DNA of 64,000 nucleotides. Origin: an uncultured Clostridia bacterium. GTDB lineage: Bacteria > Bacillota > Clostridia > Christensenellales > UBA1242. Positions within the stretch are counted from its first letter, which is position 1, and every line of letters begins with the position of its first letter. Made by a program: the position numbers and the translations under genes. The DNA is taken from positions 2,436 to 66,435 of the forward strand of contig CAKVGK010000002.1 of assembly GCA_934747385.1 (NCBI GenBank), in the 5' to 3' direction. Under the pieces are notes generated by a model. The model was given only the letters and a program-made list of their open reading frames with translations. It was not told the origin of the DNA and ran no database searches. Shown piece after piece: positions 37,352 through 44,813 of the stretch.

Positions 37352-38860
37352 ATGAACAATAAATTAGCAGTGTTTGAGTTGGGTGTTAACGACATTAAAC
37401 TCACAATCTTTAATTGCACTCAAACAGGTTTTTTCACAATAGAACAACAAATTGTTGAACCTGTCAAATTAATTCAAGACATGGAACGCGATGGATACAT
37501 TAAACCAGCGCGCATTCAAGAAACAATTTGCGTGCTTAAAAATTTCCGCAAAATTGTTGACAACGCAAAAATTGAAAACCACATTTGTTACGCAAATCCA
37601 GTTATCGCAACTGCGCGCAATCAAATAGCGTTTTTAGATGAGGTTTACAAAACAGTTTCTCTTTACTTTAAAATTTTAACCACAGATGAGCAAATTTCTG
37701 CTTTGCACAGCGCGGTTATGTATTCATTCGCCATGACTCGAGGCGTGCTTGTTCAGGTTGGGGACTATTCAACTGAAATTGTCAAATTCAATCGCAGGGT
37801 GATTGCAAATAGCGTTTCATTGCCTTTTGGCAGCCTCACACTTTTGGAGCAGTTTGAAAATTGTCCTTTGGCTGAACGCATGGACAAGGTTGTTGAGTTC
37901 ATGAGCAAAGAACTTAAAAAATATGATTGGTTATATAATTTAGATGAAGACTGCGAATTTTTCGGTGTGGGTGAAGTATTCTTGTCAATTGGCAAACTCT
38001 CTCGCAAGGCTTCAAGATACCCTTTGGACGTTGCACATAACTATCAAGTTACAAGCGATAGTTTTGCAGGCATTTACAACTTAATTCGAGGCTTGGATTT
38101 GGACAAAGCCAAAAAACTCAAAGGCATAAGCGAAAAACGTGCAGACGTTATCGCGGTTGGAATTGCAATTGTTAAAGCCATTCATAATGAATTCATTCGT
38201 GGCGACATTCATATTTCCACAAATGGCGAAATGTATGGCATTGTTGCAAAAAATTTGCTTGCTCAAACGGGTGAAAAACCTTTGCTTGACATTCTTGGCT
38301 ATTCATTGAGTGCAATTAACGAATTCTATCCAACAAATGCCAATTTAGACAGCAATTATTCTTTGGCGGTGATTTTATATAAACAACTTAAAGTTTTGCA
38401 CAAATTATCTCGTCCTTATGTTAAAGTTCTGCGTATTGCGGCAAGCATGTGTATGTCTGGCAAACGCATTGCTTTTGAAAATTACACAAAAAACAATTTC
38501 CCAGTGATTTTAAACAGCAACATTTATGGCGCTTCTCATAAAGACATTTTGCTTGCAGCATTTGTTGCCAGCAGCCAAAATATAGACGATTTTAGTTTGA
38601 CAGAATGGATTAGGTATAAAGACTTGGTTACAGATGAAGATTTAGACGCAGTTAAAAAACTTGCAGTTATAATCAAACTTGCAACCATGCTCAACATAAC
38701 TGGTTCTAACACTGTTAAAGATATTGCTTGCGACGTGCTTGGCGACACTGTTATTTTAAAAACAGAAGTCGAACACGAAGCAACTCTTGAAATTTCTCAA
38801 GCAATGTCCATTGCTGGTGATTTTAAAAAAGTATACGGCAAAAATTTGCAGATTTTGTAA
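37352..38860 (+). CDS. Ppx/GppA-family phosphatase-like protein (divergent)
   Basis: 502 aa. ASKHA-fold pattern followed by a helical HD-like C-terminal half. The N-terminal motif reads ELGVNDIKL instead of the usual DLGSNS. Confidence 0.5.
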   Translation: MNNKLAVFELGVNDIKLTIFNCTQTGFFTIEQQIVEPVKLIQDMERDGYIKPARIQETICVLKNFRKIVDNAKIENHICYANPVIATARNQIAFLDEVYKTVSLYFKILTTDEQISALHSAVMYSFAMTRGVLVQVGDYSTEIVKFNRRVIANSVSLPFGSLTLLEQFENCPLAERMDKVVEFMSKELKKYDWLYNLDEDCEFFGVGEVFLSIGKLSRKASRYPLDVAHNYQVTSDSFAGIYNLIRGLDLDKAKKLKGISEKRADVIAVGIAIVKAIHNEFIRGDIHISTNGEMYGIVAKNLLAQTGEKPLLDILGYSLSAINEFYPTNANLDSNYSLAVILYKQLKVLHKLSRPYVKVLRIAASMCMSGKRIAFENYTKNNFPVILNSNIYGASHKDILLAAFVASSQNIDDFSLTEWIRYKDLVTDEDLDAVKKLAVIIKLATMLNITGSNTVKDIACDVLGDTVILKTEVEHEATLEISQAMSIAGDFKKVYGKNLQIL

Positions 38861-38878
38861 ACATACAAAGGGGGAGTT

Positions 38879-39874
38879 ATGTTTAGAATAGATTTGGGCT
38901 TGAAGTTTGGCAGTAACGAAATTATTGTGTTTAAAAAGGGCAGCGGCATTGTTGCAAAAGAACCAGCCTATCTTGCGGTAACCAAAGCAGGCAAGTCTTA
39001 TAAGGTTCACGCAATAGGCAAAAAAGCGGAAAAACTTTTCAACATCAAAGCAACAAATTATCAAGTGTTTCGTCCAATTGAAAATGGCGAAATAGTAAAC
39101 GAGAAAATGGCACGCCTTCTTCTTGAAAAAATAATTAAAAATGTTGTGGAAGACAATAATTTTGCCATGTTCACATATGCTCTTGTTGCAGTGCCAAGTG
39201 CGTTAAACGAACGACAATTGCTTTTAATCAAAAAAGTTCTGCACGAGGCGGGCATTAACAAAGTGGAGTTTGTGTTCAACAGCGTTTGTGTTCAAACAAG
39301 TTCGGGCTTTGACGCTCAAAGCCATGTTATGGTGGTTGATATTGGCAAAAATGTAACCGACATTTCAATTCTTAATGAGTTTAATTTCAGTTTTGGCAGA
39401 ATGTATTTCCTTGGCGGTGAGGATATGGACAAAAGTATTGTTACTTTTGTTGCGGACAATTACGGACTTAAAATTAGTGAATTGTCTGCTGAAAACATTA
39501 AGAATGAAGTTGCTTCTCTTTATAATCGAGACATGTACGCTTGTGACTTTGTTGGCACAAATGAAAATGGCAATATGGTGCGTGCAACAATCACTGCAAA
39601 CGACGTAAGACTGGCAATAACAAATGTTTATGATGCTATCTTTGAGCGAGTTAACGAAGTGCTTAAAAATTTGCCAGCAGAGTTGGTTAAAGAGATTTAT
39701 AGCACTGGCATAGTGTTTGTTGGTGGCGGCAGCAAGATTGCAGGGCTTTATGAGTACGCAAAAAATAAATTTGATTTTCCAGTTGTTGTTGCGGACGACC
39801 CTTCAAATGCTGTCATTGTTGGGCTTGGCAAACTTTTAACCGCAGATAAAGAATTTTTAAAAATAACATTATAA
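38879..39874 (+). CDS. MreB-like actin homolog (divergent)
   Basis: Collinear with MreB along its whole length (FRPIENGEIV, VVDIG, GGEDMD, GIVFVGGGSKI, DDPSNAVIVGLGK). The phosphate-1/2 motifs are eroded (DLGLKFGSN, DIGKNVTD). Confidence 0.7.
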   Translation: MFRIDLGLKFGSNEIIVFKKGSGIVAKEPAYLAVTKAGKSYKVHAIGKKAEKLFNIKATNYQVFRPIENGEIVNEKMARLLLEKIIKNVVEDNNFAMFTYALVAVPSALNERQLLLIKKVLHEAGINKVEFVFNSVCVQTSSGFDAQSHVMVVDIGKNVTDISILNEFNFSFGRMYFLGGEDMDKSIVTFVADNYGLKISELSAENIKNEVASLYNRDMYACDFVGTNENGNMVRATITANDVRLAITNVYDAIFERVNEVLKNLPAELVKEIYSTGIVFVGGGSKIAGLYEYAKNKFDFPVVVADDPSNAVIVGLGKLLTADKEFLKITL

Positions 39875-40075
39875 TTTTAAAAATTTGAAAAAATTGCAAA
39901 AAATCATTAAAAGATGTTATATTTTAACAAAAAATTAAAAAATTTGCATTATTTGGTGAATTTTTAATTAATTTGACTAAATAAAAAATAAATTAGCAAA
40001 GGTAAAAAAGAACAAAATTCGCCTTTGCTTTTTTTTGCTGTTGTGCTAAATTCTTTTCGTATTTAGGAGGCAAAA

Positions 40076-40867
40076 ATGGCACGTGTAATTGTTATAACGT
40101 CTGGCAAAGGTGGGGTAGGCAAAACAACTATAACAGCAAACCTTGGCAGACAACTTGCAAAACGCAATATGAGAGTTTGTTTGATTGATATGGATATTGG
40201 TCTAAATAATCTTGACGTGGTTATGAATATGGAAGACCGAATTGTTTACACTTTATTGGACGTTTTAGAAGGTAAATGCCGCCTAAAAGAGGCAATTGTT
40301 CAAGACGATTATTTTCCGCTTCTATATTTGCTTTCAACAGGTGGGTTGAATCAAAACTTGTCCATTTCAATTGCTGACATAAAAATGGTTATAAACGAAC
40401 TTGGCAAGGCATTTGATTTTGTGCTGATTGATTGCCCAGCAGGCATTGACGCAGGCTTTAAGCGTGCAGTCTATTGTGCAGACGAAGCACTGGTTGTGAC
40501 AACTCCACATTTAAGCAGCATTCGTGACGCTGATAAAGTTGTGACCATTCTTTCCAGTTACAACATTTCATCAAAAAGGTTTGTTATTAATCGTGCGCGC
40601 GGTGACCTCATTCAGGACAAGCTCATGTTCGACGTTTACGACGTTGGCAAATCGCTTAAAATCGATTTTGGTGGGGTTATTCCTGATGACGACAGTGTTA
40701 TAACAAGCAGCAGCGAAAATAGTGGTGATCAGCGCATTGCATTAAATAGGTCATTCAGTATTTTGGCAGATAACATTTTAACAGGCGAAAAAAAGTTGTT
40801 TGATTGTACATACAAATATCGCGGATTGTTAGGGAAGATAAAAAAGATATTAAAGCGGAGTTGTTGA
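40076..40867 (+). CDS. minD: Septum site-determining ATPase MinD
   Basis: Deviant Walker A SGKGGVGKTT and a C-terminal amphipathic membrane-targeting helix (GLLGKIKKILK). Confidence 0.9.
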   Translation: MARVIVITSGKGGVGKTTITANLGRQLAKRNMRVCLIDMDIGLNNLDVVMNMEDRIVYTLLDVLEGKCRLKEAIVQDDYFPLLYLLSTGGLNQNLSISIADIKMVINELGKAFDFVLIDCPAGIDAGFKRAVYCADEALVVTTPHLSSIRDADKVVTILSSYNISSKRFVINRARGDLIQDKLMFDVYDVGKSLKIDFGGVIPDDDSVITSSSENSGDQRIALNRSFSILADNILTGEKKLFDCTYKYRGLLGKIKKILKRSC

Positions 40868-41089
40868 AAAATGATTAAACATAGAATGAATAAAATTGAT
40901 AACAATCCAAGATAATTTACATACAAATATCGCGGATTGTTAGGGAAGATAAAAAAGATATTAAAGCGGAGTTGTTGAAAAATGATTAAACATAGAATGA
41001 ATAAAATTGATAACAATCCAAGATAATTTACATACAAATATCGCGGATTGTTAGGGAAGATAAAAAAGATATTAAAGCGGAGTTGTTGA
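40807..41089. repeat. Perfect 111-bp tandem repeat, 2.55 copies, starting inside the minD 3' end
   Basis: Units 40807-40917 and 40918-41028 are identical. A third copy matches from 41029 through 41089 and then diverges. Confidence 0.95.
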
Positions 41090-41205
41090 GTGTTGGCATT
41101 GAAAAAATAATTAAAAATTCAAATAATTGGCAAAATAATTAAAAAATAGCCTCAATTTTACAATTTTTTATTAAATTTTTATTAATTTTGGCAAAAAGGA
41201 GAATT

Positions 41206-41433
41206 ATGGACTTAAAAAATAGATTGTCGGCGATGATTGAAAAAGACAAACAAAATAATCCAAAATTTTTAAGTGAAGTAATAAAATCGGATTTCTTTTA
41301 TTTAATAAGCAATTATTTTGAGGTTGCTTTTGACGATATAAAAGTAAACATAGAGGCAAACAAAACAGATTATGAAATCACAATCTTGTGCGTGGGGGAT
41401 CGAATTAAATTGTTACGTACTTTGCCCAATTAA
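41206..41433 (+). CDS. minE: Cell division topological specificity factor MinE
   Basis: 75 aa directly after minD. The pattern ...FLSEVIKSDFFYLISNYFEV..DDIKVNIE resembles Firmicute MinE. AAAGGAG RBS precedes the ATG at 41206. Confidence 0.65.
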   Translation: MDLKNRLSAMIEKDKQNNPKFLSEVIKSDFFYLISNYFEVAFDDIKVNIEANKTDYEITILCVGDRIKLLRTLPN

Positions 41434-41468
41434 GTACTAAATAATAAGGCGAATAAATATCTTAATTT

Positions 41469-42299
41469 ATGAAAAAGTTTAAGGTTGGGGCAAGTTTGTT
41501 TTTGTTGACAGGCACGTGTTTTATTTGTCACAAATTATTGCTGCTTGTCAACTATCTGCTTGCTTTAATTTTTCACGAATTGGCACATGTTTTTGCTGCA
41601 ACAAAGCGTGGTTATAAAGTCAAATATGTTCGCCTTTCAATGTTTGGTTTGGCTGTGGAATTGACAGATGAAATTGACAACAAGGATGCATTTGCAATTA
41701 ACATTGCGGGCCCTATGTGCAACCTTGTTTTATGCATTTTGTGTTTGGCTTGTTACAGCGTCTTTCCTGCCACAAGCAAAATTTTAAACAACTTTTGTGT
41801 CTGCAATTTGGTGTTATCATTTTTCAATCTTTTGCCAGTAACTCCACTTGATGGTGGCAAAATTTTTAAAAGTATTTTTAAAACGAATAAGGCGTATAAG
41901 TGTGCAGACCTGTTCGTTCGTGCTGGCTTAACAATCATGTTTTTAACTTTGTTCATATGTTCATTTATCAATGCAGCCAACGCAGGGATACAACAAATCA
42001 ATTTACAATCAATAAACTGGTTTTTCTTTGTATTTGCCTTGTTTTTTGCGCTCAGCAGGCCAAGCAACCAGCCAAATTTTAACCTGTTTAAATCCAAAAA
42101 GCCGCACAAGTTTGAAAAAATTGTTATGCTGAAAGTTTCTAAAGAAGAAAACCTTTTTGGTCTGCTGAAAATGATAAACTCCCACCATTACACCATATTT
42201 TATTGCGCAGACACACCCAAAAAATATTACGACGAAGACACAATTGTTTCTCTTTCCCTTAAATTTCCGCTCAGCACTACAATAAAAGAAATCAATTAA
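41469..42299 (+). CDS. spoIVFB: M50 site-2 metalloprotease, SpoIVFB-like
   Basis: HELAHV and NLLPVTPLDGGK motifs within TM helices. The position between minDE and rplU matches B. subtilis spoIVFB. Confidence 0.65.
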   Translation: MKKFKVGASLFLLTGTCFICHKLLLLVNYLLALIFHELAHVFAATKRGYKVKYVRLSMFGLAVELTDEIDNKDAFAINIAGPMCNLVLCILCLACYSVFPATSKILNNFCVCNLVLSFFNLLPVTPLDGGKIFKSIFKTNKAYKCADLFVRAGLTIMFLTLFICSFINAANAGIQQINLQSINWFFFVFALFFALSRPSNQPNFNLFKSKKPHKFEKIVMLKVSKEENLFGLLKMINSHHYTIFYCADTPKKYYDEDTIVSLSLKFPLSTTIKEIN

Positions 42300-42464
42300 C
42301 CGCAAAGGTTTGTATATTGTTTAGAAATCCTTCGACTGCGCTTAGGATGGCAGGACACTTTGTTCAAGATGGCAGCGAGTGTGTTTGTTCTTGTGAAATA
42401 ATTCAAATCGCTTTGCTTATAGCAAATGACGACATTTTTACTTGTAAAAATATTAACTAAACTG

Positions 42465-42493
42465 TTGACAATTTTGTTGGTGTTTGTTATAAT
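42465..42493 (+). promoter_or_regulatory. Consensus sigma-A promoter for the rplU-prp-rpmA operon
   Basis: TTGACA (42465-42470), 17-nt spacer, TATAAT (42488-42493). The leader of about 75 nt before the RBS could hold an L21-type leader structure (not verified). Confidence 0.7.
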
Positions 42494-42574
42494 ACAAAAC
42501 GTAGTACCACATTGAACAGGCTTTAAAATCTCTTAGAGTGCCTTAAAAGTGAGTCTTTATAGGAGGTAACTAGT

Positions 42575-42880
42575 ATGTACGCGATAGCAAATATTTCAGG
42601 TAAACAATTTAAAGTTGAAGCCGGTAATACTCTTGTTGTTGATCGTCTTAACGCTGAAGCTGGCGAAGTTGTAACATTCCCAGTTCTTATGATTGTTGAC
42701 GGCAGCAAATCAAAAGTTGGCAACCCTGTTGTAAAAGATATTGTTGTTAGTGCAAAAGTTGTTGAACACGTTTTGGATAAGAAAATCACAGTTTATAAAT
42801 ACAAAGCTAAAAAGAACGAACGTAAGAAACAAGGTCACAGACAACCATACACAAAAATTACAATCGAAAGCATAGGTTAA
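42575..42880 (+). CDS. rplU: 50S ribosomal protein L21
   Basis: MYAIANISGKQFKVEAGNTLVVDRL... is the canonical L21 sequence. AGGAGG RBS. Confidence 0.95.
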   Translation: MYAIANISGKQFKVEAGNTLVVDRLNAEAGEVVTFPVLMIVDGSKSKVGNPVVKDIVVSAKVVEHVLDKKITVYKYKAKKNERKKQGHRQPYTKITIESIG

Positions 42881-42883
42881 TAG

Positions 42884-43195
42884 ATGATTAACTTAACAAT
42901 TTTAAAAAGTAACAATGCAATAACAACCATTCAGGCCAAAGGTCATTCTGGCTATGCGGTGGCTGGGCAAGATATTGTGTGCAGCGCGGTTTCAACAATC
43001 ATGCAAACGACTTTGAATGGTTTGCTTGAAGTGGTGAAAGCGGACGTTGATTACGAAATCAATGAGGAAATCCCTTTTATGCGCATTAGCGTGAAAGAGG
43101 ACGATAAGCAAGCACAAATTTTAATGCAAAGCGCATATCTGGCTGTTAAACAAATTGCAGATGATTACAAAGACTACATTAAAATAAAGGAGTAA
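42884..43195 (+). CDS. prp: Ribosomal-processing cysteine protease Prp (YsxB)
   Basis: 103 aa between rplU and rpmA. GHSGYA...DIVCSAVS motif. Confidence 0.85.
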   Translation: MINLTILKSNNAITTIQAKGHSGYAVAGQDIVCSAVSTIMQTTLNGLLEVVKADVDYEINEEIPFMRISVKEDDKQAQILMQSAYLAVKQIADDYKDYIKIKE

Positions 43196-43197
43196 CT

Positions 43198-43479
43198 ATG
43201 ATTAAGTTCAATATTCAATTGTTTGCCCATAAAAAAGGCGGCGGCAGCACAAAGAACGGTCGAGATAGTGAATCAAAACGTCTTGGTGTTAAAACTGGCG
43301 ATGGTCAATTTGTTCACGCTGGTTCAATTATTGTTCGCCAAAGAGGAACAAAAATCTACCCATCAACAAATGTTGGTTGCGGCAAAGATTACACATTGTT
43401 TGCTTTAATTGACGGCGTTGTTCGTTTTAAACGTGACGCTAGGGGCAGAAAAATTGCCACTGTAGAAGCAAAAATCTAA
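43198..43479 (+). CDS. rpmA: 50S ribosomal protein L27 with N-terminal propeptide
   Basis: [24 protein letters not shown]... is canonical L27 with the Firmicute Prp-cleaved extension. Confidence 0.95.
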   Translation: MIKFNIQLFAHKKGGGSTKNGRDSESKRLGVKTGDGQFVHAGSIIVRQRGTKIYPSTNVGCGKDYTLFALIDGVVRFKRDARGRKIATVEAKI

Positions 43480-43499
43480 TTAATTATAAATATCAAAAA

Positions 43500-43525
43500 A
43501 GGACTTTCAGCAAAGTCCTTTTTTT
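43500..43525 (+). terminator. Rho-independent terminator after rpmA
   Basis: AGGACTTT-CAGC-AAAGTCCT followed by T7. Confidence 0.8.
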
Positions 43526-43692
43526 AATTCTAATCTCACGTGCCACTTTGAAACCGATTACTCGATTGAGTGTATCTTTTCTTTTTGTCTTTTGTATGCG
43601 GAAATGATTGTTTAATTGAGAATATATTTTCTTTCTGCAATATTTGTCATACCGAAATGCAATAGCATCGAGTGTATTTCTTTTAATGTTCA

Positions 43693-43921
43693 TCTAAAGA
43701 GCTGCGACTCAACGCTAACGCATTGAGAACGCTCAATTTAAAAATACGCGACTCAACGCTGACGCATTGAGAACACTCAATTTAAAAATACGCGACTCAA
43801 CGCTGACGCATTGAGAACACTCAATTTAAAAATACGCGACTCAACGCTAGCGCATTGAGAACACTCAATTTAAAAATACGCGACTCAACGCTAACGCATT
43901 GAGAACGCTCAATTTAAAAAT
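43693..43921. repeat. Five tandem copies of a 44-bp unit
   Basis: GCGACTCAACGCTRRCGCATTGAGAACRCTCAATTTAAAAATAC starts at 43704, 43748, 43792, 43836 and 43880. The last copy overlaps the stop codon of the minus-strand gene 43909..44643. Confidence 0.95.
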
Positions 43922-44643
43922 CTCGCGTCAAACTTATTTTTACAAGCGAAGATAATGGCAATCACAATGTCCAACAACAGCAAGAAAACCATAACCAACC
44001 AGAACACATAACCAGGGCGAACAAACGCAAGGGTGGTTATAACCGCAACGGCCAACAAAAGTGCAACAATAACAGGGATTAAACTGAATTTGTTGAACTT
44101 TGTCTTAATTTTTGCAGATTTATTAATTTCTTTATCTTCAATATAAATGTTTGTAACAAACCTTGGGTCAATTTCAAACAATCTATTTGCAATGTGAGAA
44201 TTTAATAGTTCAAGCATAAAATCCTTAGGAATATATTGCAATTTGGGGCTTGCCAATCCGTCTTTGTTCTTAAACATTGCTTTAACGTAAATATTATAAG
44301 AGCCATTGCTAAATTGTTCAAAAAAGTTATATTTAGGCATGAGATTAACAATTTTGCTTCCGTCGCCAATCTTGCTTAAAAAATTGTTGAGCATGTGGTT
44401 GTTTAGTTCCAAGCTGGAATAGCAGAGTAAAACATCGTCCATAGGGCATTTCATAAGCATAGCGTGCAAAACTTTTGCCAAATTTTTTGAGTAAATGGCG
44501 GTAATATTATAACCGAAAGATTTAAAAAGTGTTTGAAATGGACTTTTGACAACAAAGTAAATATCGTTGCCAAACCTTGCTTGCATCATATCAACCTTGC
44601 TTTTGATATTGCTAACGCTATCAACCACGTAAACTAATTTCAT
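43909..44643 (-). CDS. Hypothetical membrane-anchored protein (soluble N-domain of about 180 aa plus two C-terminal TM helices)
   Basis: ORF with an AGGGG RBS. I recognised no family. A faint GT-A-like pattern (CPMDD) is speculative. Confidence 0.5.
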   Translation of the reverse strand: MKLVYVVDSVSNIKSKVDMMQARFGNDIYFVVKSPFQTLFKSFGYNITAIYSKNLAKVLHAMLMKCPMDDVLLCYSSLELNNHMLNNFLSKIGDGSKIVNLMPKYNFFEQFSNGSYNIYVKAMFKNKDGLASPKLQYIPKDFMLELLNSHIANRLFEIDPRFVTNIYIEDKEINKSAKIKTKFNKFSLIPVIVALLLAVAVITTLAFVRPGYVFWLVMVFLLLLDIVIAIIFACKNKFDARFLN

Positions 44644-44789
44644 AATTGACCCCTATATATTTGAATTATACAACAAAAATTTCAATTTTAAAAACAAAAT
44701 ACATAAAAATCGCAAAAATGTTTGATATTGGTTTGTGTCTTTCATTAAAAATAAAAAAAATTAGTATTGACATAAATTAAAAACAAAAA

Positions 44790-44808
44790 AAGCGAGAATG
44801 AATCTCAC
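44790..44808 (-). terminator. Terminator after the XRE-family gene
   Basis: Minus strand: AGTGAGA-TTCAT-TCTCGCT followed by T7. Confidence 0.55.
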
Positions 44809-44813
44809 TTTTT

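Noticed and set aside
39995-40037. Hairpin AGCAAAGG-N19-CCTTTGCT followed by T8 upstream of minD, considered as an attenuator or riboswitch
   Set aside because: The loop is large and I recognised no alternative antiterminator or conserved motif. It is most simply a terminator for the mreB-like gene. Its confidence is too low to list as a feature.
40729-41037. 102-aa minus-strand ORF with an internally duplicated sequence
   Set aside because: It is an artefact of reading through the 111-bp tandem repeat antisense to minD. It has no RBS and overlaps the well-supported minD 3' end.
43493-43693. 66-aa minus-strand ORF between rpmA and the 44-bp array
   Set aside because: It lies entirely in the repeat and terminator-rich spacer. 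It has no RBS, its composition is lysine/arginine-rich as expected from antisense T-runs, and it overlaps the rpmA terminator.
43693-43921. Possible CRISPR array (regular short repeats with dyad symmetry)
   Set aside because: The whole 44-bp unit repeats head to tail with no unique spacers. There are only five copies and no cas genes in the window, so it is a tandem repeat, not a CRISPR array.
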